Assembly (NCBI RefSeq): GCF_009914755.1
Contig: NC_060934.1
Direction: 5' to 3' (one strand)
DNA length: 64,000 bases
From: the human T2T-CHM13v2.0 reference genome, Homo sapiens
The notes below the pieces were generated by a model that was not told where the DNA came from, made no database searches, and saw only the letters and a list, made by a program, of their open reading frames with translations. Both the position numbers and the translations under genes were made by a program. Each line of letters starts with the position of its first letter. The first letter of the stretch is position 1. Shown here piece by piece: positions 31,901-43,223 of the stretch.

Positions 31901-33242
31901 ACTGGTTTCCCCGGATAGCTGATGTGGCTTCCCTCTGCTATAGCCTTCCATGAAAAAAGTAGGACAGCTTCCGGGAGCTAGCTATATGTGAGTGGACCAT
32001 GCTTGGCAGCTGCCCTTCAGAATGCACAGGTTGCGGGCAGGGATGGCCAAGGACATTTCTCAGGGAGCTGTGTGTGTGGGATGGGTCTCTGAGAATGGAG
32101 AGCTTGATGAGTTCAGGCCGTGGAAGCAACATCTACACAAGCCTGGATCTGAGAAACTCAACCATACTCCCTGAAAATGGAGAGTTTACATGCAGAATGA
32201 GTCTGGGGGAGGCAGCACTAGAAGGCCTGAAAGAGGAAGAGAGTCAGACTGATTTCAGAGGGACCCATCCTAGAGGGACCACTGCCATGACTCCATGGGG
32301 ACATTTCCAAGGGGAGCCACAGGAGGTTTCACTGGAGAGTTGTGTATGTCTGTCCAGTGTCTAGGAGGTGCTTACCATGGCTGAGCTTGCAGGGCCTCTT
32401 AGGACTGTCCAGGTGAGATGTGTGGGTCGTGATGAGGGTTTGGAGAGGTTTCCAGCTAGAATTGGTCGGGACAGCCCATTAGCTCTGGGGCAGAGGCTCA
32501 GGGAGGTGGGCAAGCATGCAGGACACAGGAATGCTTATAGCCACAGCTCTGCAGGGTGTTTCTTGCCCATAACTGTGTGGAGAGCCATTCTCATCTCAAC
32601 TCATTTCTTGCCACAACATCTCCCGAGGCAAACTTTGTTATTAGCTCCGCTTTGCAGATGAGAATCTGGGGCAATGCGAGACGGCTTCTGTGCCCGGCTT
32701 GTGACCAGTCACCACACTGACTCTCAATGTGGTGTAAGCAACTGTGAATGGGCCTGATTCCAAATCCCAGCAAATTTACAGTAAGGAGGGTGCCTGGGGT
32801 CTATCCATCCCCTGACTAGCTGATCTTCAGCTTCCTCATAGGACCAGGGGGAATACTGAGCATGCAGTGGACTGAGGTTCAGAGAGGTAATGTGGAGCGC
32901 TGCACACACCTGAGGGAGTTGTGCGCCTGTCTGACTTCTGGGTGATTCATGAGGAACATTCCTGATGGGGTGGGAAGGGAACCTGTCACTAAGCTATTTA
33001 GGAGAAGCAGTCTCCAGCAGGTCACACCAGCCAGCCACTTTTATGGCAGAAGGAAAATCCTACCTAGCCCCTTCCCCAGAGATGGCAGAATGCAGCCTGG
33101 CTGACTGGCAGAGCCTCTCAGGCTGTGCTCCGGACCCTGGACTCCAGCAAGGGGGAAGAACAGCAGCTCCCAGTTCTTTCTTACAGACTGCTTTCTTGAG
33201 GAACTTCAAGTGCTCTGGCTATGATTGGTGCAGGGCTCTGCT

Positions 33243-33259
33243 GCCTCCAGAGGGTGCTG
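33243..33259 (+). promoter_or_regulatory. Possible CTCF site ~2 kb upstream of the CpG island
   Basis: CCTCCAGAGGGTGCT matches CCASYAGRKGGCRSY with 2 mismatches; motif only. Confidence 0.3.
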
Positions 33260-34239
33260 TCTCCTTTCCCTAGCAGAGGCAAAGGGTCTGGCAGCCAACT
33301 CTGGGAGTATTGGTTTAACCTGAAATGTCTGCTAGGAAGAGCTACCTACCCCTCTCCTGGGCATTATGGTCCTGAAGGAAGAGCTTGGACTTTGGATTGA
33401 AAGTCCAGCCCTACCATCTACAAGTTGGCTGGCTGAGACAAGACACTCTACTTCTTTGAGGCTCAGTTTTCTCGCCTGTGAGATGGGATGATCATACCAC
33501 ACCAGTTAGGCATGAGGATGGACTAAGGGCAGGTTCACATGCTTCTGCCTGGCAAGGGAGCTGTTTGCTGCTTTTACCACCATTTCAGCTCTTCTGCTGT
33601 TCTCTGACCCACAAGAGCTAGGGTTCAGGCTGCGTGCCTTGCGCAGTAGTTCTCAAATGTGTCTATGTGGAAGCTTGCCTCCAAGGGCTTACCAGCAAAT
33701 CCAGACCCCACACAGCTGCCCTGCAAGAAGGAGGTGACAGTGGCTGCGTTCTTGCCTGCACAGAGGACGGGTGTCCATAGAGCTCCCAGCTGGAGTTGAG
33801 CAGTTTCTGGTCAAGCAATGTTCTCTGATTTTACATGTCTGGAAGCTACCATTACCATCAGGTCTTCTTAAATGTCCTCCCTCCCTCCGTCTTCCTTTCT
33901 TCCTTTCTTTCTTTGTCAGATGCTGTGTGTGGACTTGTGCTGGGATCTGGAGGCGGAGAAAAGAGCTGTGACCTAGACATAGGGGAGTGGGGAGACAAAG
34001 CTGCTCAGGCAGACAACCAACTAGGCTGCTACATCTGCTTCTGCAGCAGAGCATGGGAGGGTGGTAGGAATTTGTCATGGCAGCAGGGACATCGGAGCTG
34101 GGGTGCAACGGAGGAGCAGCCGCTTTCCAGGTAGTCAAGACAGGAAGCAGCATGGTCCAGAAAGAAGAGATGACAGGTGCCAGTCTACAGCGATGGTGAG
34201 CAGAGGCCTGGGGGCTTGGCAGGTGGGTTCGCATCCTGG

Positions 34240-34400
34240 ATCTGGCTGTTTCTTAGCTGAGTGACTTTGGGCAAGTTGCTCAACCACTGAGTGTCACTTT
34301 GCTTCATCAGCACGATGGGAATAAAAATGCCCACCTCTCAGAGCTGTTGTGATGATTAACTAAGGTAGTGTCTGCAGAGTCTATGCACTACAAACGGCAG
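34240..34400 (+). mobile_element. MIR
   Basis: tagctgagtgactttgggcaagttgctcaacc...cacctctcagagctgttgtgatgattaa. Confidence 0.75.
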
Positions 34401-35207
34401 CTGCCATTCTAGAGGGACCACTGCCATGACTTCATGGGGACATTTCCATGGGGAGCCACAGGAGGTTCACTGGACAGGTGTGTATGTCCAGTGTTTAGGA
34501 GGTGCTCTTGAAGCAGATCTGTTACTCTCAGGAGGTTCTCTAAGCGCATATGTGACTTTGCCATGTGGGGATGGGGGGCAGGGAATTATAAGCTAGTGTA
34601 TTCAAAACAGGAGCAGCCCTTGTAAGCAAAGCTGTTCCATTATAGCCAAGTCATGTGCATCTCAGCTCCAAAGGAGAAAGTGACCATTCTCATTGAATTC
34701 TCATCGCCACAACCTTGGGACTGCCTGAGATAAGACACTCCACTTCCAGGGCCCACCCTGAGTTTTCACTCACACCCTGGATGCCCATCTCCTTCCCTCA
34801 CCCTGGCTGACATTCTCAGCCACACTGCCCTCCCCTGGTCTCCAGGGGCTGAATGCTCCCAGCCTCAGGGCTTTTGCCGTGGCTGTGCCATCCATCTGGC
34901 CTATCGAACCCATTTGCTCACAGCATCTCACCCCCTGTAATAATTTATTTCCCTCTTTCCTTGTACCCTGTCTGTCTTCTCCCCCAGGGCTGAGAGCTCC
35001 AGAAGGAACCAAGGACAGGGAGCCTGTCTTGTCCAGCTCTGGTGCCCAGCAGGAGAGCCAGGCTCATAGGAGGTCTGCAAGTAATGTTTCTGGACGAACT
35101 TATGAAAGGCAGGTCTTTTTATACCCATTTCATGGATGAGGAAACTGAGGCAGAGAGAGAGAGAGACAGGCAGACGCACACACCCCTAGACAGAGAGAAA
35201 CACTCCT

Positions 35208-35257
35208 GGAGAAAGAGAAAGGGAGGGAGAGAGGGAGGGGGAGGGAGGGAGAGAGAG

Positions 35258-35318
<61 letters not shown>

Positions 35319-35322
35319 AAGA
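35208..35322 (+). repeat. Pure polypurine tract containing (GAAA)13 microsatellite (35259-35310)
   Basis: Read directly: about 115 nt of only G/A. Confidence 0.95.
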
Positions 35323-35324
35323 CA

Positions 35325-35850
35325 GCGCAGCTCCAGCCTGCCTGTATCCAGGGTTGAGGTGGGCGTGAGAGACACACGCAGGCAGGGCTGCAGTTCCGGG
35401 CAGGCCTTGGGGGCTCAAGATGCGGCTCCCCAGGGCGAGTGCTGGGGTCCCGGGGCAGGCGGGCGGCTGGAGCCCTCTCGTGGGCGGGCGCAAGGGGCAG
35501 GCTGGGCGGGCGCAGGCGGGAGCGTAGCAGCCGCTCCACTCCGCACGCAGGCAGCATCGGGGCAGCAGGAGCAGGTGAAGCAGGCGCGGCTCTGCCCCGC
35601 GCCTGGTGCCCCCTGGGCACAGGAGTGCGGCCGGGGGCGGGGCCGAGTGGGCCCCGGTACGAACCCTCCGGGAAGCCGGGCGCGCTGCCTGCCCTTGGCC
35701 CGGGGCGCAGAGCGTCACACTGGATCTGGGGAGCATCCTACCCCCACTGTGGACCTCAGTCTCCTCACCTGAGACATGGGCGGCCCCATCCGCACCCTGT
35801 AAGCCGCAAGCCAAGGAGGTAAGGGGTGCATCTGAGGTGTCTGGGCGCTA
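35325..35850 (+). promoter_or_regulatory. NPY4R: CpG island: NPY4R promoter and non-coding first exon, 5' splice donor at 35818|35819
   Basis: Only strongly CpG-dense non-Alu stretch in the window; Sp/KLF GC box GGGGCGGGGC at 35634-35643 plus GGGCGGG copies; no TATA seen; donor GAG|GTAAGG at the island's 3' edge. TSS not determinable from sequence. Confidence 0.8.
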
Positions 35851-37106
35851 TGGGCATTAGGATATAGTAGCTTTTGCTGAGATTTCAGGAGACAAAGCAA
35901 AGGGCCTTCCCTATTCTAACCCCACTGGGAGATTAGCATTGTGTGTATGATTCATTAATTTTCCTCTGATTGACTGGGAAGGCAGGCTGCAGGGGGTCCC
36001 TGTTGGGGCTTGCAGCTGGTTCTAGTTTTTGTATCTGGAGAGCTGCCTGGGGACAAAATGCAGAGACACCATTTTATTGACCTTGCGTAATAATCTACCC
36101 TCCCCCTCATACACTCGCCACCCCCTTGGGTGTGCCTGAGGGACTTGAGGTCCCCTGGTCCTCACTGGTCAGTGTACCCCAAGCCCAGCAGCCCCAGGCA
36201 GATGCCCAACACCACCTTTTCAGTGCTCCTCCTCCTCCTGTCTTGGCCCTCTCTGCCAATCCATTTTCTATATCCAAGTGATCTTACTGGAATGGACCTG
36301 ACCTTGCTGGTCTGGCCCACCACTCCAGCTTCATCATCTGCCACCCTGGAACCTCTTATTCTGCTTACTTTTCCCAGCAGGCTCTGCTCCTTCCTGCCTC
36401 TGTGCCTTTGCACATGCTGTTCCTTGCACTTCGAGTTCCCTCCTCTCCCTGTCCCTTTGGCTGGTTGACTCCTCTTCAGCCTTTGAGCCCTGTACCATTG
36501 CCACCTCTTCTCTCACCTCCCTGCTCCCTGCTCCTTCTCTGATCTCTCAACTCACAGGCCTCTCTTTCATATTGGTGTTGGCAATGGCAATGAGTTCCAT
36601 CTGCATTCGTGCTGGTCAGCCCCTCTGCTCTGGGAGGGCCATGACTGTATAAGTCATCTTTGCAGCCCTTGTTTCTAGCCCAGGGCTTGACACACACTTA
36701 TTGAGTGGGTGAATGAAGCAGTGAGCATTTTCTGGAGCCCTCCCAGCCCAGTCCTTCCACTCTGATCCTGCTTTAGGTGGTTGGTTTGGGATGAATGGTT
36801 TCTCCACACCACTGGCCAAGCCTTGCTGATGGTCACCCAGAGCCTTGGGTTCTGGCCCATTTGCTGCTTCTGAGTGCAGTGCCTCTGCCACAGGTTCATG
36901 CAGCTGCGACTGTTCTTTATCTTATATTGGGCCCTGTGTTTGGCTCTGGAATAGTTTATTTTGCCATGTTCAGCCCCAAATGGCCCTTTTTGCCCGAAGA
37001 CCATAGTGCTGGAGAAATCTTCCTGCCTTCGAGATCTGGTTCCTAAATAACCAGACTGTAAACTATCAGGTGAATTCACAGCTTGATCTTTTAAATGACC
37101 AAATGA

Positions 37107-37361
<255 letters not shown>

Positions 37362-37539
37362 TAGATCAGATGCACAGCAAGTGACATTCATGACAGCCGA
37401 CAAATAGATTTTACTGAGCTCTGGTTGATTTTGGCCTTGTGCTCTGCAAAAACTGCCTTAACATAGCAATTGATCATGTAAAAAATACATATGGCCATGA
37501 TATGAGACTTAAAGAATATCTCGAATAGGGTTTTCTGCT

Positions 37540-37730
37540 ATAGTGTTTTACAAGATGGGGTCCAAGGGCCATGTGCATCAGAATCACATAGTCTACTTGT
37601 TAAATACAGATTCCTGGCCCCCATCCTGGATTCACTTAACTACATCTCCTGGTGGAAGGGCCCTGGGATGTGCACTTTCAACATGCTTCTAGAATGATTC
37701 TGATGTTTACTGAAGGTTGAGAACTGCAAC
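37540..37730. mobile_element. MER5-type hAT DNA transposon
   Basis: gcatcagaatcac...ttgttaaatacagattcctggcccc...tgattctgatg...gttgagaactgc. Confidence 0.75.
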
Positions 37731-38419
37731 CCTGTGGGATTAATAATGACTAGAGAATCTGAGAGGTGAGTCACAATGATGTATGTAGTGGTATGGTGCT
37801 TCCCATGCAAAACATCCATCATTGGCACTAACACGGGGGAACTCTGGAGTCTAAATTCCAACTCAGTCTTGGCAGGGGGTCCGTTGTGCTGAGGAGGTCC
37901 TCGGAGAAGGGACAGCCTGTACCAGGGCATAGAGATGTGGAAGAGTCTGGTGTGCTTGTGAGCTGCACACTGCATCAAGTGACTTGAACATAGTCATGGA
38001 GTAGGTTCTGTGGAGGGCACTGGGCACCTGTGACTTTGGCCAGGTATGTCTGTGCACATGGTGGGTAGTAGGAAGAAGCTGGTGTGCTGATGAGCCAGGC
38101 TTTGCATACTGGGCAGTCTTCAGTTTTGCCAGGTATCACCTAAAAAACAAGGCTACCAGGGCAGGGAGGGGCTGAGACCAGGAGGGTGCACTGATTGTGG
38201 ATCCCCGAGGCTTTAGCTCTATCTTGAAGGGAATGGGGTGCCGTGGAAGGACACAAGCAATCCTGTGCAGAGTGGCATTTATTGCTGTCTCCATTCAGAT
38301 AAAATGTGACAAGGGGCATTCTACCCATGTTCCCTGAACAATTCCGTCACTAAAGTCTGCATACAGCACTCCAACTTCTTTATCATCAGAACAGCCTCAT
38401 CCTGAGGCCGGAGGGAATT

Positions 38420-38640
38420 AGTAGAACAAGTTCTGGCATTAGATGACCTGAGTTTGTAACTGGGCCCTGTTACTAATTAGCTGTGTGACTATGGGCAAGT
38501 TGCTTTCCATCTCAGGGTCTTAGATTCCTCATCTATGAAACGGATTGATAATATCTACCTCTAGGAATAAACTAGCTAATAGACGAAAGTGCTGAGCACA
38601 GTACCCAGCATGCAACAAGTGCTTCTAACAAGGTAGCAAT
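38420..38640 (+). mobile_element. MIR in the NPY4R intron
   Basis: tagctgtgtgactatgggcaagtt...ttcctcatctatgaaa...aaagtgctgagcacagtacccagca. Confidence 0.8.
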
Positions 38641-38779
38641 CATTGGATGCCAATGTCTCACCATGAGCCTTAGGTAATAGCCCCTCCAGATACCAGCCTT
38701 GGGTTGGAAGCAGCTGAGAGCCTTTCTACCCGGCCCTGCTCCTCTCTGGATTCTACCCTGGGCATGATCCCTGAGTATT

Positions 38780-38859
38780 GTTTGTCTGTTTGCCTTGTAG
38801 GCGTCATCCCTCAAGTGTATCACTTAGTTCAAGAGTCCTGGAATCTTTTCACATCCACT
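38780..38859 (+). other. NPY4R: 3' splice acceptor and 5'UTR portion of the NPY4R coding exon (exon starts 38801)
   Basis: Pyrimidine-rich tttgtctgtttgccttgtAG ending 38800, 59 nt before the ATG; no ATG between acceptor and start codon. Confidence 0.8.
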
Positions 38860-39987
38860 ATGAACACCTCTCACCTCCTGGCCTTGCTGCTCCCAAAATC
38901 TCCACAAGGTGAAAACAGAAGCAAACCCCTGGGCACCCCATACAACTTCTCTGAACATTGCCAGGATTCCGTGGACGTGATGGTCTTCATCGTCACTTCC
39001 TACAGCATTGAGACTGTCGTGGGGGTCCTGGGTAACCTCTGCCTGATGTGTGTGACTGTGAGGCAGAAGGAGAAAGCCAACGTGACCAACCTGCTTATCG
39101 CCAACCTGGCCTTCTCTGACTTCCTCATGTGCCTCCTCTGCCAGCCGCTGACCTCCGTCTACACCATCATGGACTACTGGATCTTTGGAGAGACCCTCTG
39201 CAAGATGTCGGCCTTCATCCAGTGCATGTCGGTGACGGTCTCCATCCTCTCGCTCGTCCTCGTGGCCCTGGAGAGGCATCAGCTCATCATCAACCCAACA
39301 GGCTGGAAGCCCAGCATCTCACAGGCCTACCTGGGGATTGTGCTCATCTGGGTCATTGCCTGTGTCCTCTCCCTGCCCTTCCTGGCCAACAGCATCCTGG
39401 AGAATGTCTTCCACAAGAACCACTCCAAGGCTCTGGAGTTCCTGGCGGATAAGGTGGTCTGTACCGAGTCCTGGCCACTGGCTCACCACCGCACCATCTA
39501 CACCACCTTCCTGCTCCTCTTCCAGTACTGCCTCCCACTGGGCTTCATCTTGGTCTGTTATGCACGCATCTACCGGCGCCTGCAGAGGCAGGGGCGCGTG
39601 TTTCACAAGGGCACCTACAGCTTGCGAGCTGGGCACATGAAGCAGGTCAATGTGGTGCTGGTGGTGATGGTGGTGGCCTTTGCCGTGCTCTGGCTGCCTC
39701 TGCATGTGTTCAACAGCCTGGAAGACTGGCACCATGAGGCCATCCCCATCTGCCATGGGAACCTCATCTTCTTAGTGTGCCACTTGCTTGCCATGGCCTC
39801 CACCTGTGTCAACCCATTCATCTATGGCTTTCTCAACACCAACTTCAAGAAGGAGATCAAGGCCCTGGTGCTGACTTGCCAGCAGAGCGCCCCCCTGGAG
39901 GAGTCAGAGCATCTGCCCCTGTCCACAGTACATACGGAAGTCTCCAAAGGGTCCCTGAGGCTAAGTGGCAGGTCCAATCCCATTTAA
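38860..39987 (+). CDS. NPY4R: Neuropeptide Y receptor type 4 (pancreatic polypeptide receptor, PPYR1), 375 aa class A GPCR, intronless CDS; could be the duplicate copy NPY4R2
   Basis: ATG at 38860 (ccactATGa) to TAA at 39987 = 375 codons + stop. Protein [22 protein letters not shown]...GRSNPI recognised as human Y4; seven hydrophobic segments, GN in TM1, LAFSD in TM2, ERH (NPY-receptor form of DRY), WLP in TM6, NPFIY in TM7; N-glycosylation sequons at N2, N19, N29. Confidence 0.98.
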   Translation: MNTSHLLALLLPKSPQGENRSKPLGTPYNFSEHCQDSVDVMVFIVTSYSIETVVGVLGNLCLMCVTVRQKEKANVTNLLIANLAFSDFLMCLLCQPLTSVYTIMDYWIFGETLCKMSAFIQCMSVTVSILSLVLVALERHQLIINPTGWKPSISQAYLGIVLIWVIACVLSLPFLANSILENVFHKNHSKALEFLADKVVCTESWPLAHHRTIYTTFLLLFQYCLPLGFILVCYARIYRRLQRQGRVFHKGTYSLRAGHMKQVNVVLVVMVVAFAVLWLPLHVFNSLEDWHHEAIPICHGNLIFLVCHLLAMASTCVNPFIYGFLNTNFKKEIKALVLTCQQSAPLEESEHLPLSTVHTEVSKGSLRLSGRSNPI

Positions 39988-41775
39988 CCAGGTCTAGGTC
40001 TTCTCCCTGCCATGTCCCTTGCCAGGCTCTTCCACTTAGCTAAGTGGGCACACTGCAAGCTGGGGTGGCACCCCAGCATTCCTGGCTTTCTGGGGTCCAG
40101 ATAGGCTGGCAAGAGCTGTTTTTGCATCCATTTGCATCGTGAAGACTGGCATTTTGATACTTCAGCTGTTTGTTCCTGGGAGAATTCTGAGCACAGATTC
40201 CAGAGGTCACAGTAAGCCTTGCAGCTTGAGCTGAAAGATGCCAGAGCCGGAGATGTCTGCTGGCAGCAGGCAGGGTTCATTCTGGTGACACAGCAACAGA
40301 TGCCTGGCCTGGGAACCCAGGGATTTCACCTCCACCAGTGAGACCACGGGGCCACTGTGGGGTGAGGGAAGGAGCGCTTGGAGTCAGAGCTCTAGACCTT
40401 GGTCAACTCTTCACCTCTGTGAGAGATGGTGTGTGGAGGTGCTTCAGAAGTAAAGAATTCTGTGGATGCAAAGCAGTGGGATTACTGTTAGATCATTAGC
40501 GCATCCAGCTGAAGACAATAGATGCAGTAGTCTTGGCTTACAGCCCTCTGCAGCAGGAATTCCAGGACTCACTTCCTACTCCATCCCTTTTCTCTATCAC
40601 TGTGTCTTCCACCTTACATGGAAATCAGCCTGCAAGTTCCTCTCCTCGATGAGATGGCAAGCGCCTTGCAGGTGAAATCCATACCATCATGGGGCTTGTG
40701 TCTTACATGCCATGGACAGGCCCTGGCACAAGGAGAGAGCTCCAGGGAAGTTTTCCATGGTGGGTTGATGGTAAAGGTGCCACTCACTGCTGAATGTTTG
40801 GTGCTGGACAGGAGTCCAGCATGGGAAGGGGGCCAGGGCTCAGGCTCCTGCAGCCATAGTCTCCTGCCTGCCCTTCCTTGCCTCCCAGGACCTCATTTGA
40901 TACAGTAGCTGGACCGAGACTCTGTGGCTCTCCCCACTGTTGACCCACTACAGAGGCCTCCAGAACTCAAGGCTATGGCTGCAGCCTCCTTCACTCTGTG
41001 CTCTGACCACTGAGCTGACTTGCCCCAGATAATGTGCCACGTATCTTTCAAAGCTTCCTCAGGGTATTGGGCATCCCAGTGGCCTTAAGTAGGATCAGGG
41101 GCAGGGAGTCCTGGGAGTCTAACTTCATGGGGCACTGGCTGAAAAAAGCAGGGGTCCCCTTCCTCCAGCCATCCAGGGAAAAAGGAGAAAGGGCTCCAAT
41201 GAGTGTGAATATCTTACCTTGGGGGTTATGGCCTAGTCCTCTGGATGCTGAACCAGGCCCAAGGCTTCATCTATGTGTGGACCAGACAGCCTGTCCTTGC
41301 AGGGAAAGAAATGTCAAGACTGCTCCTGGGCTGCATTGGATGGGATGTCTCCGCATGGTTCTGTTGGCTCAGACTGACCCTCCAGCAGAGTGGACAGTGG
41401 CTGGCCTACTATAGCCTCCCAGGGCAGGGTGTTCATGTGCTGGAGCCCTGGAAGAGCCTCATCATAAGCCAGCATAGGTTCTGCAAAGGGGGTCTGGCAT
41501 AGGGCTCTCACCCCTGACCAAGAACCGGTGGAACTGACGCCCAAGACAAGTGCTCTTTGAGCCAGCAGCTCCCTTCCTGGAGCTGTTTGTCTTATCGCTT
41601 CTTTTGGTCACATCTCCCATTCAGTTCCTTTGTTCATTTTTGTGTTGGATTTTGGGCAGATTTCTTGAGCCACTCTCTTGGACACAGCTTGTGCTTGTCC
41701 TGTGGTGCCATCTGCTGCTGGCTGCTCCAGGTGACCACCTGCCAGCGAAGCCCAGGCTCCGGGACCCATCTATTT

Positions 41776-42225
41776 TGTGAAAAGCCCACATGCACAAAGC
41801 AACCCCCAAATGCCAAAGGAGCCAAGAGACCAAAGAAGGAAGCAGACAAATCCAGTTTGTTGGTATTGAGTGATTTATTGAGGAAACTTTTAAGCAGGCG
41901 GGTGGTCTCGGGTGGCCACAAGACAGGCAGATCTCTGCACTGTTACTCTCGGACCCAAGGCTTATATACCAAGGGAAAAGGATATACATGCTCCAGCAAG
42001 ACAGTGAAAGGTAGTGTGCCAGAGCAGGCAAGAACGCCATGTGCATCATAGCCCAGAATTTGCATGATAACATCAAGCTTGCTTTGATCTAAAAGCAGGA
42101 GTACATATTCTTACACTCGGGACAGTAAATAAAGTAGGAGTCAGGAGGCATTCATGGGACTGGGGCTAATCAGAAGTCAACATGGGCAAATTAGCATCCA
42201 AGATGGAGTCACTTTTGTCTTCCCA
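41776..42225 (-). mobile_element. Solo LTR (ERVL, LTR47-like) antisense to and downstream of NPY4R
   Basis: Minus strand starts TGGGAAGACAAAAGTGACTCCATCTTGGATGCTAA; TATATAA near 41961-41967 and AATAAA near 41874 on the minus strand; ends ...tcaCA. Confidence 0.7.
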
Positions 42226-42828
42226 TCACCCCAGAAAGATGTCATTGTTCAAGCTTCCCAAGGAATTGGGGGCCTCAGGCCCCCCTGGATCCCACGCAAG
42301 TGCCTGGAGTTGCTTCTCATTATTAGTCTCGATGGTGCCAAGATGCTGGGGACAAAGATGATTTCAGGTGCAGACATGCTTGAGGACGGAGGGCCAGGCT
42401 AGGCCTCTGGGGAAAGTGTTTGGTGCTAAGAATTGGGGTAGTGGGTAGAAGCCTCGTTGAGTGTGTTCTGTGCCCCAGCATCACCTGGAGCTTGTAGATA
42501 TTCAGAGTCCTTGTTGCCAGCCCAGCTCGATTGAATCCAAATCCATGTTTTATCAGGATCCCAGGTTAATTGTGTGCACATTAAAGTTTGAGAAGCTCTG
42601 CTCTAAGAAACAGGTTGCCCTGGAGCCTAGAGACACTGGGTAAGCACCTGTAGACACCCATCCTAGTTCTGGGAACGTCTCTAAAATTGTTATTGCTGAA
42701 AAGGTGCATTCAGTTTTGGTTGTCTGTCTCATCTCTGGCTGCATGTGGTCATATTTTTTGTGAGGCTTTTTCATTCTTTTGATAAATATTTGCCATGTGC
42801 ATAGTTTGCATAGATATGTTCTTAGTGA

Positions 42829-43223
<395 letters not shown>

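Noticed and set aside
35119-35860. Several 130-230 aa ORFs over the CpG island
   Set aside because: Stop-poor GC-rich and (GAAA)n sequence; no protein family recognisable.
38704-38859. 52-aa N-terminal extension of Y4 in the 427-aa ORF call
   Set aside because: Starts at TTG in the intron and crosses the splice acceptor at 38800; the first in-frame ATG after the acceptor is 38860.
38824-39821. Antisense and off-frame ORFs overlapping NPY4R
   Set aside because: Shadow ORFs expected from GC-rich codon usage.
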